Shown here: piece by piece, positions 1 through 11,088 of the stretch
Layout: every line of letters begins with the position of its first letter
How positions within the stretch are numbered: position 1 is the stretch's first letter
DNA from: Octopus sinensis
Lineage: Eukaryota
DNA length: 37,075 nt
Direction of reading: 5' to 3'
Assembly (NCBI RefSeq): GCF_006345805.1
Contig: NW_021836801.1
Coordinates: 1 to 37,075 of the forward strand
Made by a program: the position numbers and the translations under genes
Notes under the pieces: model-generated
Told to the model about the DNA's origin: nothing
Databases searched by the model: none
What the model saw: only the letters and a program-made list of their open reading frames with translations

Positions 1-99
1 GCGGAGAGCCTCCGGAAAATATTGCCCACGGCGATGGGCCTCACGCCGTTGTCCTTTTTCCCAAGGGCAGTAAGGTTGGCGGAAAAGAAAATATCACGA

Positions 100-275
100 G
101 CAAAATCGGGGAGGGAACCGGAGATGAAGCGGCAAAAATATGCTTAATCAATTTAAAGAGCTGTAGCAATTGACTGGCCGTGTGATATTTGGTGACTATT
201 CTTTCGATGTCTATCACGAACACAAAATTTGGCTGACGCTTGTCAGTATACTTTCCGAGCGGTCTTTGATCTATC
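100..275 (-). mobile_element. Possible decayed C-terminal remnant of an RLE-type (NeSL/R4-like) non-LTR retrotransposon
   Basis: Minus frame reads LGKY...FVIDIERIVTKYH, resembling the end of the element at 4952-5200 (IIPIVLTRDGVISKFF). Similarity is short and weak. Confidence 0.3.
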
Positions 276-1677
276 GCTGACTACAGATCACCAGCAGTTA
301 ATAAGAGAGCTTTTCTTAGGATAATCTAATTAGCTTAATTTGTAAATCAGTGATGCAATATTCACTAAATCAGAAACATAAGAATTCAATCAAGATGGAC
401 GTTTGTTAAAAACTTAAATCTATATAAAAACAAAGAGAACATAGACAAATTAAAATTCAGTTTCTACAGGGCTATTTCAATAAATGTGGCTCTTTCAATC
501 AAATTTTTTTGGCGTTCGAAAGTAGCGTCCGACGAACAGTTCACAAAGGACACGATGGCATTGCTCAACTTCAAATCCTCCACAAACGGTACTCTTTCTT
601 AACCACATGAGACATCCTCGCTGTCGGGAGTATCCAAGGCGTGCTTAGATTATACTCTCCAAACATGATAGCGATAGGGCCGAAGCAAATCTCGAACTCT
701 TTATAAAGCGGTTGATTTGCAATTGTTGAGCGGGACTTTCACTCAGTCATTGTTTATGTTTATTTTGGACAGGAACGATGACCAGACGTGTCTGGCCGTC
801 CTAGAGCCTCAAAGACTGGCTGTTTATATCTGCACCTCCAAAATTGAGAGATTTAATGAGATTAAATAGCCGGCGTCATCGGCGAAAAGTCTCTTCAAGC
901 TTGGCCGCATGATCTTACGCGAGTCCAGTGGCTTTTCGAAAGGATTGGCCATAGTACGTGGAAAAGCATTTACGATAGAATTTAGTTAGACTATTGTTAT
1001 TACATATAAAAAAGTTTTCGAAAATTAAAATAGCCAAAAATTACACTTTTGTGGTCGAGTTTAGTGGAGATTGGACAGACCTGCAGTCCACACTGGCAGT
1101 CGACTTGTTTTTCTTTTTCAAAGTTGACCAAAGTATTAATTGTGCATCTATTTGCTGGTCAAATGCACATTTTAAAAAGATTTCATTTGCCTCTGCACAT
1201 GATGCGTTTTGACATCCCCGACATGTTCGAAGGATATCTCAAAGTCACTTTCAAATCAGCCAAAATACTTGATTTGGGTGGCTTCATAAAAAATATTCCA
1301 AATAATCAAATAAAGATCACCGCATCGAGGATACACTCCTTAAAACCACGCTGAGATTCCCAAGTGGACAGACAGTCTCCATCTCATGGAGTATTTCTGT
1401 TATGTCGATGAATTAGGCCAACATTCGTGCTCTATTCAGGCCAATGATTACCGAAAACTGTGGTTGGTCTTGGAGGCACTGCTGACCTCATTAAAGGACG
1501 ACTAATTCCAACTAACTAACAGCGGGGATATCCCTACAGGTGATATTTTCCATTTGATTACACAACACAATAAAGTATGACGTTATAATTGTCACAAGTT
1601 TGTGCACAATTGAGGAAATTACAATTTGAGGTTACAATCAGATAATTTAGTTAGTATTATGTTTATGATATCTATGT

Positions 1678-1726
1678 AGCCTGGCGGATTGCCAAACTGT
1701 TTCCCGGATAATGGCAATCGAGAACC
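1678..1726 (-). mobile_element. 49-bp fragment of the 3' end of a CRE-like non-LTR element
   Basis: Close nucleotide match to 27575-27624; translates FSIAIIR..NSLAIRQA, the CRE-type SIAIxRGN C-terminal motif. Confidence 0.6.
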
Positions 1727-2271
1727 GAAATTACGACAAGAAATGAGCGACTACTGCCAACAGATGCGTTCAGTAGAAAAGTGTTTGCTGTCCAAAGTAC
1801 GTGACCCAGTCACTTGGCCACTACGAGTGGGTGTGTGAGGACCTAACCAACAAACTGAATTATTGCCCCACAAATGTTGTTGATTGCTTGTACTGATCAA
1901 GTCAATTCAAACAAGCGTGAACGAACTCAGGATCAGTACGGTTGGTCTTTCTTCTTGTACTTCTCTAATTAATCTGATCAAACTGCAATTTGCTGAAATC
2001 ATTACTTAGGCTTTTAAATAATGTCACTTGGTTAGGTTAAAGGTCATTTATAAAACGCCTCAGACCTGGATTAATACACTCGGATTTCGAGCACTAAGTG
2101 TTCCAAAAGCTGAGGTTTTGTCCAAAATTGAAACAGATTTATTACTCCGAAAAGTTATAAAAATCATTATTTATAGATAATAATTATCAGTTTTATTTCC
2201 ATAGCCATAGATTTTATTCAAACGACTGAATAAACTGTCTGAAGCAAAAAAATTGGATCACATTAAACAAT

Positions 2272-2668
2272 GAAAATGAAAGGTGTCAAAAAAGAATTTT
2301 TACAAGACTACCTAAACAAATTTATGTGGCGTGACAACGTAATTGGTGATCCTTTTGAAAAGTTAATGGAGCTTTTGAAAAATTATTATGTTGTTCAATA
2401 AACTTGTTCTAAAGTATAGTATTTATTTATAAATTTGATTTTAGTTTTACATTATTTTAATGTTTTCGTCGAATGTTGACATGTATAAATAGGGGCGTTT
2501 GTTTAGGTGCGTTGTTTAATATGTGTAAATTTAGGGGTTTGTTTAATATGTGTAATTTGGGGGCGTTTGTTTAATATGTGTAAATTTAGGGGCGTTTGTT
2601 TAATATGTGTAATTTTGGGGGCGTTTGTTTAATATGTGTGAAGTTAGGGGCGTTTGTTTAATATGTGT
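2272..2668 (+). repeat. Direct copy of the element's own 3' end (matches 3495-3914)
   Basis: Starts GAAAATGAAAGGTGTC at both 2272 and 3495; differences are almost all homopolymer lengths. Confidence 0.95.
2492..2668 (+). repeat. Subterminal tandem repeat, ~28-bp unit GGGGCGTTTGTTTAATATGTGTAA(A/T)TT..
   Basis: About 6 adjacent units with no unique spacers. Confidence 0.9.
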
Positions 2669-2705
2669 TATTGATGTTATAAAAAATTATATTATAATTT
2701 TTCCC

Positions 2706-3622
2706 ATGTTTATTGTAGGTAGTACATACGAAACAACTTTAAGAGAACTTCTAGGAAGTGATACAATCGGGATAATATCATTTTTTAAGGCAAAAGGACT
2801 AATGAAATCAAAATGATGTGTGTTTACTGCAGAAAAGAAATGGTTTGGGTTTTCAAGCGTACCTTATCTGACCAATATACTTGGAAATGTCAGAATTCAA
2901 ACTGTTCAAAATACAAGACCACATTGTCAATACGAACAGGTTCTGTTTTGGCTACTTCGAGTATAAGTCTCAAAACATGGTTAGATATTTTGTATAGGTG
3001 GAGCAATGAAGAATCAATTGTTATGATTAAAAAATCACTGACTGTATCATCTCCAACAGTTATAGAAATTCTTAAAACCATTAGAAAATGTATTAACAGA
3101 CACTTTGAAAGTAATCCCGTAAAATTGGGTGGAGAAAATGTAGTCTGCCAATTTAATGAAAGTCTCTTTTGTCATAAACAAAAGTACCATCGGGGTAGAC
3201 TTGCTAATTCTCAAGTGTGGGTATTCGGTATTGTTGATACCTCATTTTCACCGGGAAGAGGTTTTATGCGAGTGATTCCAAATCGATCAGCGGCCACTTT
3301 AAAACCAATTATCTGTGAAGTCATTCTGCCAGGATCAATTATCCATAGTGATGAATGGAGGGCCTATTCCATTTGAATGTTTTTGGGTATGACCACGCTA
3401 CCGTAAACCACTCAATTAATTTATTGAACCAACCACCGGTGTTCATACCCAACATGTGGAGTCCTATTGGAATAAAAACACAATTGCGTTGTAAGAAAAT
3501 GAAAGGTGTCAAAAAAGAATTTTACAAGACTACCTAAACAAATTATGTGGCGTGACAACGTAATTGGTGATCCTTTTGAAAAGTTAATGGAGCTTTTGAA
3601 AAATTATTATGTTGTTCAATAA
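2706..3622 (+). CDS. Merlin/ISXO2-like DDE transposase, frameshifted
   Basis: Zn-ribbon CVYC...WKC...C, SIRTGS, VCQFNESLF, KYHRGR, WVFGIVD, IHSDEWRAY, YDHATVNHS, and C-terminal LQDYLNKFMWR (in frame in the copy at 2272-2400). Several +/-1 frameshifts, mostly at homopolymers. Confidence 0.85.
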
Positions 3623-3713
3623 ACTTGTTTCTAAAGTATAGTATTTATTTATAATTTGATTTTTAGTTTTACATTATTTTAATGTTTTCGTCGAATGTTT
3701 GACATGTATAAAT

Positions 3714-3914
3714 AGGGGCGTTTGTTTAGGGGCGTTGTTTATATGTGTAAATTTAGGGGCGTTTGTTTAATATGTGTAATTCTGGGGCGTTTGTTTAATA
3801 TGTGTAAATTGGGGGCGTTTGTTTAATATGTGTAAATTAGGGGGTTTGTTTAATATGTGTAATTCTGGGGGCGTTTGTTTAATATGTGTAAATTTGGGGG
3901 CGTTTGTTTAATAT
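3714..3914 (+). repeat. Subterminal tandem repeat, same ~28-bp unit, ending in the right TIR
   Basis: About 7 adjacent units; the last merges into TTGTTTAATATGATCC. Confidence 0.9.
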
Positions 3915-4951
3915 GATCCAAAAAATTCTCCATTTATCCCACAGGATACATGATTTCGATGTTATTATGAGGTAAATTAATTTTATTAATAAGTCACAAA
4001 AAATCTCGGGTGATATCGCAGGCCTTACATTGACTTTCCAAAATGGAAAAGAGTGTTCCAGTTCCGTGATTGAGACCAGAATAGAACAAACGCCATTGAA
4101 TCAAGGCTCCTCTGATAATGTCGTGGGGAATAACAAAGTAATCTACCTACAATCAGTTTGCAAAAGAGAGGATAAAGTTTCTTATAGTCGATAGCTTTCT
4201 CGCATCGAGGAAAAGAAGACCTGCTTACTTAAAGACACAGAAGGAGGCAAATCGTGATCTGTCGGATTTGTCATCAACGAAAGATCCGGCGTATGTCAAA
4301 GGGACAGCACAAAGCCAATCGCCAGAATAAGGTCAGTAAGCAGTGATCAAGGCTGATAGACCAAGTTAATTCGAACCTAGATTTTTTAGTTTTTATTTTA
4401 AAGTTTTCTGAAATTAAGTTACATAATCAATGATCAAACTTTAACTATATATTTTCTATAAATATTATTTTTTAAATAATTAAAAAGTATAAATATTGAA
4501 TCATTATTTTCATCAGCGTGTTCTATTTTCGACAGTTGATGTGGTTACTTTTAATTACGAAAAAAAAGAATTCGGTTGATTATTATTGTTATTCAACATT
4601 TTTTTAAATAATATTTTGCATTTAATTGAAGATTAAATATTTGGTACATGTAGAATATCTTGATAAAAGTTATTTTACAAGTTAAGTGTCCATTTTTTTA
4701 TAATTTAATTTCAATTGAATGCATCTTTTTAACTGATATTTTCCTTTCTATTATATACATTGATTTTATTGATATTTTATAATTATCGACTTTATTTTCT
4801 TTTGTTTTATTTTTATCAAAATTTGATTCAATTGCTCTAAATTTTACAGTGAAAAATCTTAATTTTAATTTCCGATTAATTTTATATCAACTTCAAACTT
4901 TCTTTAATATGTCAATTCTATTTTAAATTATCCAATTAAAAATCCAGATCT

Positions 4952-6500
4952 TCAGTGATTTCTCTTTCGCTTGGAAGAAGAGTTTTCCATAAACTTCCTT
5001 TCATTTTCTATTTCTGCGTCAATGATTTTATTCAACTGAGTGTCCTCACGACATGCCAGCTCCGCAAGTTGATTGGATAACTTGTCCATATGACTTTTAA
5101 AGAACTTTGAGATAACTCCATCCCGTGTCAAGACAATTGGAATAATCTTCACTTTTGCTTCATCGAGAACCAACAGTTCGTTTGCAAGCAGGTCGTATTT
5201 GTGAAATTCTCAACTTCAACTGATTTAAACGGTCTTGCGAGGTAACTCCCACTTCGATGAAATTTTCCTTTAATTGCGAAGTCAGTGAACCGCGCTGCTT
5301 CGAATTAGGTCCCTGAAGGGTGTGCCAATTGCCATGGAACCAAAGCAAAATAATTCAGCCAATCGGCAGGCTGGTCAGAATCGAGGGCGTTTACAGTGGT
5401 CTTCGTGAGCGAGTCTGCGACGGAAATCCGAGCTGCTTTTGGAATTTTTATGCATATCTTCCGTGCGCGGCGCAGACCGGCAACAGAGGATAACAAATCT
5501 TCGAAGGGGATGTCACAAACAACCGGACGAGACGGAAGTGGGGATTTGAAGGGGTACTGGCTTTAGGGGACAAGCACTGAGACACGCTGGACATTTCCAG
5601 ATTGCGAGGGCTGCAGATGATAACTTTGTTAAGCCGGCACAAGATACGTGCACATCTCTCTGACAGTCAAGCACTTCCTCGCCTTCTTGCGAGTGTTATT
5701 TGTTGAGCAGATTAAGCATTCGAATGTTTGAAACGATTGAATATGAGATGGGATCACAGATAGATTAGAATACAAGAATTCAAGAATATAACAATAAGTA
5801 CAAGAATATAAGATAGAATACAAGGATATCAGAAAGAACAATATACAATATAAGAATGAACAACAATGCAAGAAATAGCAACAGAGCAACAACAACAACG
5901 CGCACGAGGGATTATGGATTTCTCTTTTCCTTTTGTCATAAACGAAAATATCAGGTTTATTGAATTGGACTTTCGTTTCAGTCATAATTGACGTGTCAAC
6001 TCTGATTTCGACATTTTGGGTCGACATTGTTGACACACCCGAATGTCCTTTCAATTTCCTGCTTCGTTTAATTCCATACATTCGACACAAGTGAAGATGA
6101 ATACACTTCGTTATGTCACTGTTTAGCATCCTACCACACTGCGTGGCCAGATGGTCAACAGTCTGCCTGCTTTTTGCAATGGACGCAGGGTGATCCCGTG
6201 CATGCTAAGAACAAATTCCTATCTTGCAAAAGACAGTACAATGCTTCGCTTTGTGGACCATTGTTCCCTTTCGATAGCCATTGCGAAGAAGTAGATCTGT
6301 CGACATCTGATTCCTCCATACATTTGAACATCACCGAGTGTAGTGATTTACTGTTGATTCGGTTAAGCAAGAGTTTCCTTTGTGCGTCCTTCAGTAACTC
6401 AATGGTCAGATTTTCCCGGCCGACAACTGCATATTTGGAGGCAAGAAACAGTCCTGTTAATTCACAGTCGCTTTGGATAACTAAGTGAGCAAAAAGTCAG
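4952..6500 (-). mobile_element. 3' part of an RLE-type (NeSL/R4-like) non-LTR retrotransposon, frameshifted and interrupted
   Basis: QSEALYCLLQDRNLF, zinc knuckle CVHC...CIHLHLCRMYG, RLE motif KPDIFVYDKRKREI|FIEVGVTSQDRL, YDLLANEL, KIIPIVLTRDGVISKF. Confidence 0.85.
5262..5916 (-). mobile_element. 5' fragment of a CRE-like element (low-complexity leader, PHD finger, CRE-type N-terminus) inside the RLE motif of the host element
   Basis: Separates YDKRKREI from FIEVG. With one added T it reads CLIC..CLTC..HVSC..WKCPAC (C4HC3, 5582-5718), then KIPKAARISVADSL..W..YF..P..SLTSQLKEN, which I recognise as a CRE-type ORF N-terminus. Confidence 0.65.
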
Positions 6501-6945
6501 ACAAGTGGAAGCATTATAATCATATTTTATATTTCAAACCGAGGTCCGACTGTAGCGATTTGATCGTTTGCTTATTTTAAAGTTTGAAATTATTCAATCG
6601 GCCTTGACATTTTATCCAGGTGCTTGCGTTTAAATGATCCTATAATCGTGATGGCTTCATCGCCTCATTGAGTGAGAAAGAATATTGACAAATAAGATAA
6701 TAAGGCCGTTTTGTATCTTCAGTACTTTGAATAAACCCATATTTTAAATATTCGTTTGATAATGACGACCTTTCTTATTTGAGCCAGAAGACATCTTAGG
6801 TATCAAACAAAAATGTAAAAACAGCGCGCTATTTTGAATATAAAATTTAAGGAAAACAATATAAAAGAAATATTAATAAATCTGAAACAAAAGGAAATTT
6901 TCTTTTTGAATCAAATTATTCAAGTCCATCGTCGCATATCTTAGT

Positions 6946-9865
6946 AATGAATGAATGAATGAATGAATTTTTATTAACGGAAAAGCCGAAAAAGAGGGAG
7001 GAGAAAGTTAATGAGACAACGTATGCCTCTTCTTCGTTGTTTCCCTCTTTTTTTTTTTTTTTTTTTAATATTTAATTCGAGAAGAAAAGGCTCTCTCAAG
7101 AACACTTCCAACCGTTTCCGTCGCGTCTTCCATCACTTGAGGGATGGGTTGGTCCAACTGGAGTCCATTTGCCAATTTGATGGCATATCGCCTCGTCTTT
7201 TCGAGCTTAGCGATAATGCCATCCCTTCAGCAGTAGGATACCATCCCTCGAACCCGTAGGTAAGCAATGGTTCGACGCACGTTTATAAACATATAAAAAC
7301 GTTTCCGGGGAAAGGTGGAAGTGAATTATGCTCCTGAGAATTTGAGCGCATTTCCTTCTCCTCGAGTCGATGTATCTGAAGTAAGAACCCTTGGATCCAA
7401 CTTCAACCCCAAGGTATTTCAGGTTCTCCGTTACTGTAAACCCATAGAGGTTTCTCGGCGTTTTCGTTTTGCTCCCTGTTTTGCAATCCAAGTGGCGGTG
7501 CACTTTTCTTTTGCAAGCGTCAGTCTTTTGATATGTACCATTCTTCCACTCTTGTCACGTATCCTTTTAACTTCCTCCACGAGATGTCTTTTCTCCACGA
7601 AGCATCCGTTATTAATATGTCGTCCGCGTAGATCATGAGACGACTGGTAGGATCTTTCGGTTTTGGAATATCAGCAACGTAAATATAAAAAGCAGGGGGC
7701 TCAAGACCGAGCCTTGAGGTACCCCTCTTTTGAGATCGACAGATTCCGACAAACGGTTTCGCATCGTATGTATGACCTTCTCATTGATAAATAGCTCTTC
7801 AGCCAATTGACCGTTTTAGACCCGGGTTTGCTCTTGGCGACACTTCCAAGAGGCCCAGGTGCCATACGCTGTCAAAGCTTTTGAGACATCGAGGCAGATA
7901 GCAATAGTCGCTGTATTGTTAGCAAGACTAAGCGAGATGACTTTCTCGAGTTCTCCAAAACAATCTCCACAGGATTTTTTCGTCGGAATCCCCACTGCTC
8001 CACTGCAAGTGCACCTGATTCCTCTACGAAGTTCCAAAGTCTTGTGAAGACAATCCGTTCCATAATTTTAGAGACGGAGCATATTAGGCTTATCGGCCTA
8101 TAGTTCTCTGCATGGTCCTTCATTTTTCCAGGCTTTGGAATCATACGTACGATTGACTTTTTCCAAGAGTCCGGTACGTATCCAAGTCTCCAGCTTACAT
8201 TGTATAGTGCGGTCAAGTATCGTAGGAGAATATTTGGAGCATGTTTGAATACAGTAATTGGAATGTAGTCATGACCGGGTGCATTGTTCTTGCAGCTCAT
8301 AATTGCGGCATACGTTTCTTCCAACGTTATGTCTCTGCACAGTGGTTTCGTATAACTCAAATTAGCTCGTAGACTTCTCTGTGCCTCACATATAAATTCT
8401 TTCGGAACCATGTCGATCGGATCCACCTCTTGAACTTTTGCCAGTTGACTTCGCAAATGTGAGGGAACTTCATCGAGCGGGATAGCTATTCCTTCAGTTG
8501 TTTTTAGTCGGATCTCTTCTCCTTTGTTCTCCATATTACTTAGTCTGTTGAAAACCTTCCAAAAATGAGGGTTTTCTTATTCAGTTTCGAGCATTGACTC
8601 TTCCAAGCAAGGTCTGAATGTTTTTTTGCGACATCATTTATCTCTATTTTCACGGTACGAATCTTATCCCGAAAACGAATACGATCTATGGGGTCACTGC
8701 ATCGTCTTAGCTTCTTTTCAAGGTTTTCCTTCCATTTTATAAGTTTTCTCAAAGATTCGTCAATCCGGGTTTTTCTGTTAGTATTTGACATGATGTATTT
8801 TCTGATTGAAGATTTTCGGAGAAAGTCCAGTATAGCTTCTCTGAGAATTTTATCAAGTTTTTCAATTGTATATTCGAAGAGATGTTTTGTATTGGATACG
8901 GTGTCAAATGCTTTTCATTGATACCTCAAGGTCCGACCAGATTGTCCGAGACGTATCGTATCCGATAAACAGATCTTCGCATATCGTAGATGATGTTCGC
9001 ATACACAAGGATTGAGGTAGGTGATCACTACCAATGTTTATCTCAATCCTTGGTATGCTGCATTGATGAACAAGATCTGCCGATACGAGGAAAACTCCAA
9101 TACAATCCTCTCCATAACAAGAGAAATGGTTTGGTTCTCGTGAGGTCAAAACACTAAAACCGCAGTTCTCCGATAATCTGAGGAGTATTACCGTCCGAAT
9201 TTGTGTTGGCACATCCGTACGATGTGTGTTTTGCGTTAAGGTCTCCTATTAGAATTCCTCTATCATTGTTCTGGAAAAATTCTTCAATAAGATTTTGATA
9301 ATTCTTCATTGCTTTGGAGTACATAGCTCCGACAGATATCCATCCAAGGGATGTTAGTAGTTTCAATGTAATCAGTTCGCACAAATTTTGTTCGACGATT
9401 TTCAAGTCCCTCACCATCAGATTGTCTTTATAATATATGGATGTCCCAGTGCCAGCCACTGCGTCAGGTCGCCATGGGATATCAATCGACTGAAAACCAT
9501 GGATTTTATGATGCTGATTTCCCTTAAGCTTCGTTTCATTAACAACCAATATGTCCATGTTTACCGAGCTAACCAAGTAGGTTAGCTCCGTAGCCCGTTT
9601 CCGAATTGACCGGGCGTTGATAAGCGTAAAAACGCTCATCTCGTCAAGTTTGGTGACTGTCCTCCATAACGAGCGCCACCAGTTCCAGTAAATTTTTAAA
9701 CGTTTTTTTAGTCGTCGTTTTCGATTTAAGATGGAGGTCCTCCAGTTTTGCTTTTAAATGTTCAATTGCATTTGTCTTTTCATCTGCCACCTGTATGTTG
9801 CATGGTGGTTGTCCCGGGTTTGATTTGGAAGTGTCCCCGAGTTTCATGCCTTTTTTGGGTTGAGT
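6946..9865 (-). mobile_element. 5'-truncated APE-RT LINE (Jockey/I/L2-like), degenerate
   Basis: ORF1 3' remnant 9644-9847 followed by ORF2; A19 run (T at 7048-7066) and AATAAAAA(TTCA)n tail at 6946-6974. Confidence 0.9.
7207..9639 (-). pseudogene. LINE ORF2: AP endonuclease + reverse transcriptase, multiple frameshifts and deletions
   Basis: INARSIR, NETKL, GDLNAKH, GSDHLP (APE); APGHDYI, IPKPGK, YRPISL..VSKIMER, QWGFR, LDVSKA, GVPQGSVLSPLLF, YADD, KYLGV (RT). Confidence 0.92.
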
Positions 9866-11088
9866 AAACTACAAGGAATAAAACACAAATTATAAACTAC
9901 AAGGAAGAAAATGACAGTGTTTCGTGTCAGCTTATGGCTGACAGATTCTCACATTTATTCCGCAAGACGATCTCGAAAAAGACGATAAATAAATAATTAA
10001 CTGCTTAATAAAAACTCTATTTTACGGGATTCGAAAATCTATCGAAATTCGTTTAAAGCTGCCCACAAACCAAATTTTCCTACGCGTGAAGAAAAATTGA
10101 TCGAATGGATACAATAGAGTCTAAAGGTATTAATTGAAAACTAATTTATAGGTGGTTTTTGAATAATTCCTTAATATCGTGTAAGGCTGCGCATTTTACC
10201 GAGGAGTTACAACTTAGTAACTTAAAAATTCTAATGGATATTGGCAAAATTCAAAAAGAGACGGTTTTAGAATGCCAAAATTACACGGAGAGATGTGAAC
10301 TGATAGAGAAGTTGACATTAATTCCTTTCGTGAAGAATTCAAAGAAATTTCTAAATTGTATAAGCCTGATCTAAGTTATAATTTAGATGAAATTGCATTA
10401 TACTACAAGCTTATTCCATCGAAAAGCAGAAGAAACCGATTCCAAGGATACAATAATTTTAAAGACCTTGTGTCTATTATGCTTTGCTCAAACATGACCG
10501 GAAGTCATGAATTGAAACCTGTGATGATCGGAAAACCGTAAATGCCTAGATGTTTTAGAAATTTGACTATGGATGTCTTGTTTCATATTATAGCTCGCAG
10601 AAAGCTTGGATGACTAGATCTATTTTTATTGATTGGATTATTAGCTTTGATCTTCAGCTTAAAATTGAAAAGAAGAAAATTTTATTGCTAATAGACCACT
10701 GTCCTGCACATTCTATTCCTCAAAACTTGGATTGTATTTAGATTTTATTTTTTCCTAAAAATTCTACTGGATTACTACAACCAATGGATATTGGAATTAT
10801 AAAAACTTTCAAGACTCATTTCATGAGAAGAAAGCTCCAGTACTTAATTGACTTGGTGGAGACTGAAAATATTTCTTTATACAATTCATACAAAAAATTG
10901 ACATGAAAAGATGCAATTTTGTTTGTTATTATGGGTTGGGGTGACGTATATACTGAAACCATTCAAAATTGTTTTAAGATTTTAAATAAATCTAGCCACC
11001 ATAAATTGAACATTATGACACTGAAATTGAAAGAACTGATATTTTCGATCCTTTAATGAGTGAAGATTTATTAGATATCGAATGCATA

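Larger units (their letters stand above)
2255..3919 (+). mobile_element. Merlin (ISXO2/IS1595-like) DNA transposon
   Basis: TIRs GGATCACATTAAACAA (2255-2270) and TTGTTTAATATGATCC (3904-3919), 15/16 match. 8-bp TSD AAAAAATT at 2247-2254 and 3920-3927. Encodes an ISXO2-like transposase. Confidence 0.9.

Noticed and set aside
495-540. Sm-site-like AATTTTTTTGG followed by a possible hairpin (snRNA or SL RNA)
   Set aside because: No other U1/U2/U4/U5 or SL features; such runs are common in AT-rich DNA.
430-1500. Possible extremely decayed plus-strand LINE RT
   Set aside because: Only vague motif echoes (VSKA, PQ, KYL) across many stops; not supportable as a feature.
2492-2668. CRISPR-like array of ~28-bp repeats (also 3714-3914)
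   Set aside because: Units are adjacent with no unique spacers, there are no cas genes, the context is eukaryotic, and the array merges into the Merlin TIR.
2272-3914. LTR retrotransposon suggested by ~400-bp direct repeats
   Set aside because: No TG..CA ends, PBS or gag/pol; the repeat is transposase C-terminus and lies inside TIRs with an 8-bp TSD.
3930-4380. Moderately GC-rich patch after Merlin, possible exon or RT remnant
   Set aside because: Stops in all frames; no convincing motif or intron chain.
7011-7259. ORF MRQRMPLLRCFPLFFFFF and other short antisense ORFs over TEs (for example 7315-7638, 11849-12070, 17609-17863, 27656-27895)
   Set aside because: Shadows of opposite-strand coding sequence or of the poly(A) tail; no independent motifs.
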